64,000 nt of DNA from an uncultured Parachlamydiaceae bacterium. GTDB lineage: Bacteria > Chlamydiota > Chlamydiia > Chlamydiales > Parachlamydiaceae. The translations under genes and the position numbers were made by a program. This document shows, in pieces, positions 1-8,408 of the stretch. The notes beneath the pieces are model-generated. The model ran no database searches. It was not told the origin of the DNA and was given only the letters and a program-made list of their open reading frames with translations. Each line of letters begins with the position of its first letter. Position 1 is the stretch's first letter. Where the stretch lies: assembly GCA_963742415.1 (NCBI GenBank), contig CAVULX010000003.1, positions 672,001 to 736,000 on the forward strand. Direction: 5' to 3'.

Positions 1-149
1 GTGATCCAAAAGCAGAAGCTGAATATAATGATAAGCTCACTTTTATCATTCTGCGTGAGGTTGGCGAAAGAGAGCAAAAAGACCAGCTGAATCAAACTAC
101 AAACCAACCTAGTAATACACAAATACAAACCAATACCCAAAAACAATAA
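1..149 (+). CDS. 3' end of an upstream gene, probably part of the pseudopilin/T2SS operon (partial)
   Basis: Frame starting at position 3 is open (DPKAEAEYNDKLTFIILREVGE...NTQKQ) to TAA at 147-149, 6 bp before the next gene. Confidence 0.6.
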   Translation, partial: DPKAEAEYNDKLTFIILREVGEREQKDQLNQTTNQPSNTQIQTNTQKQ

Positions 150-155
150 AAAGCT

Positions 156-704
156 ATGCTTCTTTTTCACAAACGTCATTTCATCATGCTCGAGGTTTTG
201 ATTGCTGCGGTCATGGTGGCGTTTTGTGTTTTACCGATGATCTATCCCCATGTTGTCATGTATAAAGCAGAAAGTGAATTTGTTAGAAAAATGGAAGTAG
301 ACCATGCCGTAAACCTTCTATATGGAAACATACTCGAAAAGCTTTACTTGAACAAAATCAGTTGGTCTGACATCCAACAAAACACCTTTGAAGTCACCGA
401 TGAAATGTGGCAAGAGGTCCATCTGACCCCTTTACCGTTTACAGTAACTTATAAATTCACTGAAGTTAAACACAAACCTAAGACGATTGGAAATTACAAC
501 TTGTTCGAATTTTTATTAACGTTCCGCTTTGTTCCTTTAAGACTCAAGGAAGCCGATGAAGAAAAACAAGAGGAACAAGCTCAAATATATGAATATACTG
601 TTTTTATCGTAAGGGATTTAAGGCCTCCCGGAACCGCCGAGCAAGCTCCGGCTCAAAATCCACAAACGCCATCTCAAACTCCACCAGCGCCAGGAAAAAA
701 ATGA
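156..704 (+). CDS. Type II secretion minor pseudopilin-like protein (GspI-like)
   Basis: N-terminal KRH-FIMLEVLIAAVMVAF: basic leader, F1...E5 and a hydrophobic helix; overlaps the next gene (ATGA). Confidence 0.65.
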   Translation: MLLFHKRHFIMLEVLIAAVMVAFCVLPMIYPHVVMYKAESEFVRKMEVDHAVNLLYGNILEKLYLNKISWSDIQQNTFEVTDEMWQEVHLTPLPFTVTYKFTEVKHKPKTIGNYNLFEFLLTFRFVPLRLKEADEEKQEEQAQIYEYTVFIVRDLRPPGTAEQAPAQNPQTPSQTPPAPGKK

Positions 705-1438
705 AAATAAAAAAACATTTTTTTACACTTCTGGAAACATTAATTGCAGTGGCATGGATTGTCATATTATTGAGTGTTTTGAGTTTTTCTTACCAACAAA
801 TGGTAACGCTTAACAATAAAGGGGAAGCGATCCAGAATAACACTTTCCATCAACGGTATCTTGAAAATCGCTTATCGATGATTTTCCCCAGAACCTTCAA
901 CGAAGAAGACAATCAAAAAGATTTTTACTTTTTTACTTATACTGAAATAGGTGGTTTATTTAAGCAAGGAAGCTCAAAAAGCTTAATATTCACCTATGAT
1001 AACAATGTGGATATAGACAAACAATTGTCCAATCATGTCGTCGGTCTATTATACCTTGACCCTCAAGGGCGTTTAAGCTTAGCAACTTGGCCTTCTCCAA
1101 AACGGTGGGTACAGGGGGTCAATCCCCGCATGAAAAAAGAAGTTTTGCTTGATGACGTCGATAGTTTTAGCATGTCTTTTTTTATTCCTCCTGAAAAAAA
1201 ATGGGAAATTGCCCCCCCGCCGGATATCACCACAGGCCCAATAAAGAAAACCAAAGCAAATACTTCAACGACACCTGCTATCAAACCGGGCCCTGAAGGG
1301 GGATGGGTGGAGGAATGGCTCAGCGATTACAAGCTTCTACCAGGTATGATCCGTTTAGAGGTTAAAAGAAAAGGGACGACAGAATATTTTGTATTTCCAC
1401 TTTCAATGACAAGCCGGCAAATTGTGTATAATCAATAA
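701..1438 (+). CDS. Type II secretion minor pseudopilin-like protein (GspJ-like)
   Basis: N-terminal KKHF-FTLLETLIAVA type IV pilin-like motif; C-terminal W...LPGMIRLEV resembles GspJ. Confidence 0.7.
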   Translation: MKIKKHFFTLLETLIAVAWIVILLSVLSFSYQQMVTLNNKGEAIQNNTFHQRYLENRLSMIFPRTFNEEDNQKDFYFFTYTEIGGLFKQGSSKSLIFTYDNNVDIDKQLSNHVVGLLYLDPQGRLSLATWPSPKRWVQGVNPRMKKEVLLDDVDSFSMSFFIPPEKKWEIAPPPDITTGPIKKTKANTSTTPAIKPGPEGGWVEEWLSDYKLLPGMIRLEVKRKGTTEYFVFPLSMTSRQIVYNQ

Positions 1439-1446
1439 GAAACGAT

Positions 1447-2490
1447 ATGAATGTTTTGCTATTTGTAACAAGTATGATCATGGTCATGGCCATGTTGACA
1501 TATGGTCGCCTGCAAACGTATCGCAGCTTTAGTTTGACCCAAAATGAATTTAATCGTTTTATGACCGAAACCGAAAGGGGAGATATCAACAAGGCAGCGA
1601 TGCTATGGTATGAAAATTCCTTGGGAGAACGCAGGGGAAGCGGGGCTTCGCAAGCGGCAGCTACCCCATCTACAACCTCCTCCAAATCTCAAGGGGCACC
1701 CTCCACCTCTACAAGAAGCCAGGCGCTTTCCCGTCTCAGCTTTGCCACTTTTATCGATAACAAAAAAAAGGAAGCCCATCAAAAAGAATACCCACAAATT
1801 CGCAATTTGGCCCAGAAGTTGATCTATGTTTTGTACAGAAACCAACCCTTCTTCAAAGAAATGGAAGCCAAAAATCCCGACTTTGTCAATTCATTATTAA
1901 ATGCTTTGATGGTCGCCGATACCTTAAGCGATGACAATAAAATCAAACGAGCCAGTGAATTGGCAAATCTGAATTTGGGGGATGAAGATCTAAATCACGT
2001 TTTTTACGAAATGCTTCAAGGGACGGCCCAACCCGGAGAGCGGCTAACAAAACCCAAAACAGGGGAGGAAATGCCTAAATTGGAGTTTCAAGCTCCTGAG
2101 GATAAAGGGGAACCGGAAGACAAAAGCATCGAGGGGGGAAGAAAAGAGGAGTATTATTCTGGTTCGGGATACTATTCTTTGCTCGATTTTATAACCTTGC
2201 GCGATTCAACCAAGGTGCGTGTTTATTTAGCCCCAAAAATGTTGCTCATGGCCATTTTCGATGATCCCGGTTTGGTAGATTCGATTATTGCCGCTAGAAA
2301 TGACCTCTATAAAAAGGTGTCGAGTAATGAAATTTCTGATTCTGATGCCTCAAAATCATTTGAAGATATGTTTAAAGGCAGAATTGATCCCAACCTCAGC
2401 GAAATCCTGGACTTCTCCGTTTCATCGACAAATCCAGCCAAATATCGGCTTTATAATTCAAAAAACCTTCCATGGCAGCAAAAGCCTTAA
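1447..2490 (+). CDS. Membrane-anchored protein, GspK-like by size and position
   Basis: N-terminal hydrophobic helix; 347 aa; last gene of the pseudopilin-like operon. Confidence 0.5.
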   Translation: MNVLLFVTSMIMVMAMLTYGRLQTYRSFSLTQNEFNRFMTETERGDINKAAMLWYENSLGERRGSGASQAAATPSTTSSKSQGAPSTSTRSQALSRLSFATFIDNKKKEAHQKEYPQIRNLAQKLIYVLYRNQPFFKEMEAKNPDFVNSLLNALMVADTLSDDNKIKRASELANLNLGDEDLNHVFYEMLQGTAQPGERLTKPKTGEEMPKLEFQAPEDKGEPEDKSIEGGRKEEYYSGSGYYSLLDFITLRDSTKVRVYLAPKMLLMAIFDDPGLVDSIIAARNDLYKKVSSNEISDSDASKSFEDMFKGRIDPNLSEILDFSVSSTNPAKYRLYNSKNLPWQQKP

Positions 2491-2501
2491 TAATTAAATT
2501 A

Positions 2502-2535
2502 ACCACTGAGCCAGTGATCTCACTGGCTCAGTGGT
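2502..2535. repeat. Palindromic element A, copy 1 (16-bp perfect arms)
   Basis: accactgagccagtga-tc-tcactggctcagtggt between convergent genes; 31 bp (2508-2538) recur identically at 29990-30020. Confidence 0.9.
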
Positions 2536-3493
2536 GAAACTTATGCAGGAGCTCATTAGCATAAAACTTACAAGCGCCGAAAAATTCGGGAAATTTGCCT
2601 ATCACACATCCAAAGGAATATAAGAAGGCATCTTTTTGACCCCACTTAGGACTGCTTTTTATATAAATTCGGAAAAAGAGCAACGGATAAATTAATAGCA
2701 GCAGCAAACTATATCCCTTCGTTATGGATAAAAAAACGATGATGAGTATAGGAATCACTCCTCCAAACAATATTGTAGATGCGATTTCTTTCTTGAATAT
2801 CTTATCGGAGGAATCCCAATGCAGCCACGACACTTGGGCATACGCGTATCCGGTACGCATGGCTCTCTTCCAAAAATCTCTAAAAGTGTTGACCATGGAA
2901 TCGTGCTTTGCCATTTTTTTATCGATGCGAAGAATTTTCCATCCCTGGCTTCTCACTCTTATACAAAAATCGTCATCCTCAGCTGCTATGACGGTAGGAT
3001 CGAATCCGTTGACCGTCTTAAATACATCGGCTCGGGCCATCATGTTGCCTCCGGTGGTTTTAATTTCACCGGAGGTTGTCTTCCATTCCATAACGCTTAA
3101 TCTTTTATACATAGAAGCTGAGCCATTTTTTTCTTCTAATAGGCCTGTGACAATAGCAGCTTCTGGATGGCTTTTAAAGGCACTATTTGCCTCTTCTATC
3201 CAACCAGGAATAATTTCGCAATCCCCATCGATAAATTGAACCAATGTGATTGCGGGATCCACTTCGAGCAGTTTGGCGAAACCTTCATTGCGCGCCCTGG
3301 CAGGGGTCGTGGGGACGCTTTTACCTAGCAAGACAATATTTACAGAAAATTTTTGGGCAATGGCGACACTTTGATCTTCTGAAGCTGAATCGACATAAAC
3401 AACGGGAACATTTTCAATTTTTACAGCTTCTAATGTTCTTTCTAGATGTGTTCCTTCATTGCGTCCAATGACAACAATCCCGATTTTTTCCAT
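2528..3493 (-). CDS. Glycosyltransferase family 2
   Basis: GIVVIGRNEG, YVDSASED, ARNEG, FIDGD and EDDDFC motifs; C-terminal TM helices; start coupled to the upstream stop (TAATG). Confidence 0.9.
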   Translation of the reverse strand: MEKIGIVVIGRNEGTHLERTLEAVKIENVPVVYVDSASEDQSVAIAQKFSVNIVLLGKSVPTTPARARNEGFAKLLEVDPAITLVQFIDGDCEIIPGWIEEANSAFKSHPEAAIVTGLLEEKNGSASMYKRLSVMEWKTTSGEIKTTGGNMMARADVFKTVNGFDPTVIAAEDDDFCIRVRSQGWKILRIDKKMAKHDSMVNTFRDFWKRAMRTGYAYAQVSWLHWDSSDKIFKKEIASTILFGGVIPILIIVFLSITKGYSLLLLLIYPLLFFRIYIKSSPKWGQKDAFLYSFGCVIGKFPEFFGACKFYANELLHKFHH

Positions 3494-5607
3494 TATGCCA
3501 TCCAATGCTCAGCAGGCTTTTCTATCCCTTCGATCATGAGCTTTTGCTTGTCGCTCAAAGGGCGCCATTTCAGAACTTGCTTGGCTTTGCTGCAATCATA
3601 TTTGGACAACTGGGTGCGGCTAAGCCAATCATGATAAGCCGGAAATTTCCTTTCGGAGTGTCTGACAAGACATTTGATGCTCCATTTGAATAGATCAGTA
3701 AGATACAATCGCCATATAGGCGTGGGATAGACATCAAAAGCCACTTTCATTTTTCTCCCAAGAATTTCAACATAGTCTTTCCCAGACAAGAGAGGATCAT
3801 CGATGAGATTAAACGATTCCCCCTCTATACCTTCTGTTTCCATGCAGCTGACAAGCCCCTGAGCAACGTCATCTACCCAGACAAAAGGCAATGGATTCCC
3901 CCCTTTTCCCCATAAGCAGCATATCGATCCATAAAACCACATTCCAACACCCCAATGAAAGGGGTTCGAGCCAACGCCTAACACAATTCCTGGTCGAACG
4001 ATAACCGCCGGAAAGCCCGTGTCTTGATACATTTTCATGAGGATGGCTTCCTCTGCAGCTTTGGCGCGCGCATAATTATTTCTACAATCAATAAGTGGAT
4101 CCAAAGGTGTTTGCTCGGTGATCACTTGCTTTGCAAATCCGGCAAAATAGGAATCGATCGTCCCGGTATAAATAAATTTCTTTACACCAGCTTTCCTGCT
4201 TTCCTCCGCAAGCAAGCGGGTGGTCTCGATCTCTTGATCGACGTAGTCTCCCCAATCTTTAACTTGGGCGCGGGCTAAATGAAAGACAGTTGTGACCCCT
4301 TCAAGAGCTTTCTGTACGGCAGCTCGGTCGCAGAGATCCCCTTTCTGAATGTCGATCTCTTCGTGAAAAAAGGAGGCATCCAACTTGCCGGGATGCCTTA
4401 CAAGCAATCTGATAGGATATTTGTGCTTTATAAGCAGGTGCGTCAAGGCTGTTCCGATAAATCCTGAGCTCCCTACGATAAGTATGGAAGGCTTTTTATT
4501 AACCTTGTAATTCGGCAAAGGTTTTGCACTTTTCTTCTCTTGGCTTTTCAATGCGGTAGAAGCCATTTTTTCACATGCTTGAATGACTCGCAGCGCAAGT
4601 TGAGAACTCAGCCGTGGATCTATAGTGCTTTCGAGTCCTTTATAAAACGATCCAATGCTGGCTGCAATGCTATAACTATAAGGATCCCCAAACTTTGACA
4701 ATTTGAATTTAGATTTTATGTATTCAATTAAAGAATGTCTTCCTCCTCGGTTTATCTGTGAGGCTTCGCTGCGTGTCATCCAATACAAATCAAGAGGTCG
4801 AGAGTAATCTGTATGCCGTCTCAAGATAAAAAAATTCCTTTCAAAATCGACGGTTGCAGATCCTGCTCTTCCTCGAGCGTCAAGCTGGTGGACAGTAAAA
4901 CCATCGGAGACTGAAAGGCGTAGATCAATGCAAATTTTCCCTACCTGCCCCATGGCTGTCCAACGGCGCCACACAGTTTCTCCATTGGGCAATAATAGGG
5001 GATCGCTGGCTTCTACTTGGAGAGATTCAGGGTTTTGGACCAAGTTTAGCAAAGGAGAAAATAGATGGGGCCCTATTTCGAGGATGACATGACTGGGCTG
5101 CCGCAGCATCCAAATGTCAAAAGGACCAGCATGCAATTGGTCCAATGCTTTTTGCCAAGTGATGGTGAGGTGGTCCAAAGGTCCTAATTTATTTTGGATA
5201 ATATTTGAATAAAATTCTTCATAAACAGGATAAAATAAAAAATTATGATTGACTCCGATCTTGAGATTTTTTTGCTCTGCTAACTCTGAAAGTCTGAGGC
5301 ATTCTTCAGCAGAAACCGCCATCGGTTTTTCAAGGAAAAGGTGTTTTCCAGATTGAAGCACTTGAATGCCGTAAGGATAATGTAAATCGGGGGGAAGCAA
5401 GAGATGGATCACATCGAGCTGCTCCTGCTTTAGCATCTCATCAAACTGCGTATAATGGGAACAATGTCCGATTGTTTTCAACAGGGGGCGAATTTGAAGA
5501 GGATTTACATCGCATAGCGCTGCAATTTTAACATTGGGGAGAGCTTGTAAAGCTTTGATGTGATGGAGGGCGATATATCCTGCTCCAACAAGGCCTACTT
5601 TCCACAT
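3493..5607 (-). CDS. Gfo/Idh/MocA oxidoreductase fused to an NAD-dependent epimerase/dehydratase
   Basis: N-half has GLVGAGYIA and EKP; C-half has GSSGFIG, YARAK (YxxxK) and VRPGIV. Confidence 0.9.
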   Translation of the reverse strand: MWKVGLVGAGYIALHHIKALQALPNVKIAALCDVNPLQIRPLLKTIGHCSHYTQFDEMLKQEQLDVIHLLLPPDLHYPYGIQVLQSGKHLFLEKPMAVSAEECLRLSELAEQKNLKIGVNHNFLFYPVYEEFYSNIIQNKLGPLDHLTITWQKALDQLHAGPFDIWMLRQPSHVILEIGPHLFSPLLNLVQNPESLQVEASDPLLLPNGETVWRRWTAMGQVGKICIDLRLSVSDGFTVHQLDARGRAGSATVDFERNFFILRRHTDYSRPLDLYWMTRSEASQINRGGRHSLIEYIKSKFKLSKFGDPYSYSIAASIGSFYKGLESTIDPRLSSQLALRVIQACEKMASTALKSQEKKSAKPLPNYKVNKKPSILIVGSSGFIGTALTHLLIKHKYPIRLLVRHPGKLDASFFHEEIDIQKGDLCDRAAVQKALEGVTTVFHLARAQVKDWGDYVDQEIETTRLLAEESRKAGVKKFIYTGTIDSYFAGFAKQVITEQTPLDPLIDCRNNYARAKAAEEAILMKMYQDTGFPAVIVRPGIVLGVGSNPFHWGVGMWFYGSICCLWGKGGNPLPFVWVDDVAQGLVSCMETEGIEGESFNLIDDPLLSGKDYVEILGRKMKVAFDVYPTPIWRLYLTDLFKWSIKCLVRHSERKFPAYHDWLSRTQLSKYDCSKAKQVLKWRPLSDKQKLMIEGIEKPAEHWMA

Positions 5608-5771
5608 GGCGCTACTTCTGATTTCTCTTTATACTTCATAGTAGATAATTTTATTTTTAAATGGTAGAACTAGAATGTTTTCGCCAGAAATAGGGAGTTT
5701 TTAAAAACTCTTTTGTTGTTTAGGCGAAACCTTCTGAAAATCAAGGAGAAAAACTAAACCCATAAAAAAAG

Positions 5772-7169
5772 ATGACAACTCTACTTGCTTGGATTCCCGC
5801 TTTTTTCGCTATCTATGTGGCGTTCTTCCGCTCTCCAGAAAAAGCATTTATGAATGTCTATCTCCCTATTTTAATTCTCCTGCCCCAGGTTTATTACGCA
5901 AAAACCTTAGGGTTTCCTCAGTTCAATTTTTGTGAATCAGCTATCATTCCCATCTTCATCATTTTTTTGTTCACCCGCCTCAATTATTGGCATTTCAGCT
6001 TCACTGACGTTATCATCGTGTTATTTATCGGAGTGAGTTTTTACTCGGAATGGGTCAATTCTGATTTTAGTTTTGCTAAAAATAAATTGGCTACAACTTT
6101 AGCTGATGTCCTTGCCCCTTATGTTTTAACTAAAGTTTTCATCCATCCAAGAGGCCTTTCAATCCCATTCATTAAACGGTTTGTCTTTTTAATGTTTATC
6201 AATTCCCTTATTACACTTTATGAATTACATGCTATTGCTATACCCCAAGTAAAAATTCTTCAGAGATTTTTTCCTGGACAGGGCCAAGATTGGATTCCTC
6301 TCCAACGTTATGGTTTGCTAAGAGTACGCGGCCCTTTTAGCCAAACGATTTTTTATGGGATGGGGTTAGCCATTTCAATCATTCTCAATTGGTGGATGAT
6401 TAAAAATAAATTGTGGACAGTAACATTTAAAAATATGCCCCATCTTTTTTTTAGGAAGGGGACGATCATTTTATTCTTTTTGGCTTTAGCTTTAATTTTC
6501 ACTTTTTCCAGAGGACCTTGGTTAAGTTGCATTATCGGAATCATCATGATGGGGATTGCATTTGCAAATAATCCTTTCAAAAGCAGCCTAGTAAGGCTAG
6601 CTATCGTTTTTGCCATTTCTTTCTTTTACTTCCAATCCGTTACAACATACACAGACATCGATCCAACACTTGCAAAATCTGATACAGAAGCCAATATCGC
6701 CTATCGAAGTCAGCTCGTTGAACAATATGTCCAATACATCTGGCAAAAACCTTATTTCGGGTGGGGATCACAAAATTTACCTTTGATAAAAGGGATCCGT
6801 TCGATAGACAATCAGTACCTTTATCTTGCCTTAAAAAATGGACTTGTCCAAGTAGCTATCTTTGTCTTTCTCATTGCATGGATGATGGTCCGGCTATATC
6901 TACGAGGAATTAAAACCCATCTGAAATCAAAATTAGATAGCACCTTGTCTTTTACTCTGATGACGATATTTTTTATGTATGCCGTATTGCTTGTGACTGT
7001 TTATCTCGGTTTGCAAATCGAGATTATTTTTTATTTGCTCATAGGATGGTCAGAAGGGCTTCTCATGTCAAAACCGGATGATAGTTTATTTGAAACAAAA
7101 CAATATCAATATCAAAAAACAGCGACCATATTCCGCCCTCGGCGGACTCTGGCTATAACAAGGACCTAA
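5772..7169 (+). CDS. O-antigen ligase / Wzy polymerase-like membrane protein
   Basis: Many TM helices with RVRGPF, TFSRGPW, KPYFGWG and SIDNQYL motifs. Confidence 0.85.
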   Translation: MTTLLAWIPAFFAIYVAFFRSPEKAFMNVYLPILILLPQVYYAKTLGFPQFNFCESAIIPIFIIFLFTRLNYWHFSFTDVIIVLFIGVSFYSEWVNSDFSFAKNKLATTLADVLAPYVLTKVFIHPRGLSIPFIKRFVFLMFINSLITLYELHAIAIPQVKILQRFFPGQGQDWIPLQRYGLLRVRGPFSQTIFYGMGLAISIILNWWMIKNKLWTVTFKNMPHLFFRKGTIILFFLALALIFTFSRGPWLSCIIGIIMMGIAFANNPFKSSLVRLAIVFAISFFYFQSVTTYTDIDPTLAKSDTEANIAYRSQLVEQYVQYIWQKPYFGWGSQNLPLIKGIRSIDNQYLYLALKNGLVQVAIFVFLIAWMMVRLYLRGIKTHLKSKLDSTLSFTLMTIFFMYAVLLVTVYLGLQIEIIFYLLIGWSEGLLMSKPDDSLFETKQYQYQKTATIFRPRRTLAITRT

Positions 7170-8408
7170 ATGGACATCAATCCCCCTCCCACCTTAGCTT
7201 ACCTGAACAGTTGTTATCCCGCTTTTTCCCATACGTTCATTTTACGTGAAGTTGTAGGTCTCAAAGCCCAGGGCTTCAATATTCAGGTGGCTTCCATCAA
7301 TGAATCAGATATTCCAGAAGAAAAAATGTCGCCTATAGATCATGAAGAAGCACAATCCACATTTTATGTTAAAAAACAAGGGGCATGGAGAGCTTTCAAA
7401 ACAGCCTTTAAGCTTATGTTCACTTCTCCAAAGGCTTTTTTTAGCACGCTGTTTTTTGCGGTCAAATGGGGTGGATGGGATCTAAGAAAACAACTTTATC
7501 ACCTTTTTTATTTTGCAGAGGCGATCCTCATAGGAAATTGGATGGCTAAATCAAACCTCAAACATCTCCATGTTCACTTTGGAAATCCCGCTTCCACAGT
7601 TGCCGTTTTTGTCCATCGGTTGTTTTCTTTTACGTTTTCCATCTCCGTCCACGGTCCGGATGAGTTTTACGATGTAACATTAATGGGGCTCTCCACAAAA
7701 ATCAGAGAGGCTAGTTTCATTTTTTGCATCGGGTATTATGCTAAAAGCCAACTCATGCGCTTGTCGGCTCCAAATGAGTGGTATAAGATTCACGTTGTCC
7801 CTCTGGGAGTCGACCTCAACCTTTATGCTCCCTCAAATCAAAAAAAGGACAAATCTCCACTCACGTTTATCTCAGTCGGCAGGCTGACTCCATCTAAAGG
7901 ACAATTTATTTTGTTAGAAGCTTTCCAACTGTTATGCAAGCAGCGGACAGATGCCGTTCTGCATATTGTTGGAGATGGTCCAGATCGGGAAAGTTTGCAA
8001 AAGGAAGCAGAAGCCTTGGGAATAAACGAGCGGGTTATTTTCCATGGAGCATTGAACCAAGAGCAAACATGGAAAAAGATGCAGCTTGCCGATGTCTTTG
8101 TATTAGCCAGTTTTGCCGAAGGCATTCCTGTTGCCTTAATGGAAGCGATGGCTCAAGAAATTTCTTGCATTTCAACAGAGATCAATGGCATACCTGAATT
8201 AATTCAAAACGGGGTCAATGGTTTGCTTGTAATTCCCGCTAATCCTGTCACATTAGCTGCTGCCATGCAACGTTTGGGAGAAAATGGTTCATTACGTCAG
8301 TCTTTGGGCCAAGCAGGCCGCAGGCATGTATATGAAAAATATAACTTAGAGAAAAATATTAAACTTCTAGCAGAAGAGTTTAAAGAATGTCTAAACAAAC
8401 TTCGTTAG
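7170..8408 (+). CDS. Glycosyltransferase family 4 (WcaL-like)
   Basis: YPAFSHTFILRE, HLHVHF, VGRL..KG and EGIPVALMEAMA motifs. Confidence 0.92.
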   Translation: MDINPPPTLAYLNSCYPAFSHTFILREVVGLKAQGFNIQVASINESDIPEEKMSPIDHEEAQSTFYVKKQGAWRAFKTAFKLMFTSPKAFFSTLFFAVKWGGWDLRKQLYHLFYFAEAILIGNWMAKSNLKHLHVHFGNPASTVAVFVHRLFSFTFSISVHGPDEFYDVTLMGLSTKIREASFIFCIGYYAKSQLMRLSAPNEWYKIHVVPLGVDLNLYAPSNQKKDKSPLTFISVGRLTPSKGQFILLEAFQLLCKQRTDAVLHIVGDGPDRESLQKEAEALGINERVIFHGALNQEQTWKKMQLADVFVLASFAEGIPVALMEAMAQEISCISTEINGIPELIQNGVNGLLVIPANPVTLAAAMQRLGENGSLRQSLGQAGRRHVYEKYNLEKNIKLLAEEFKECLNKLR

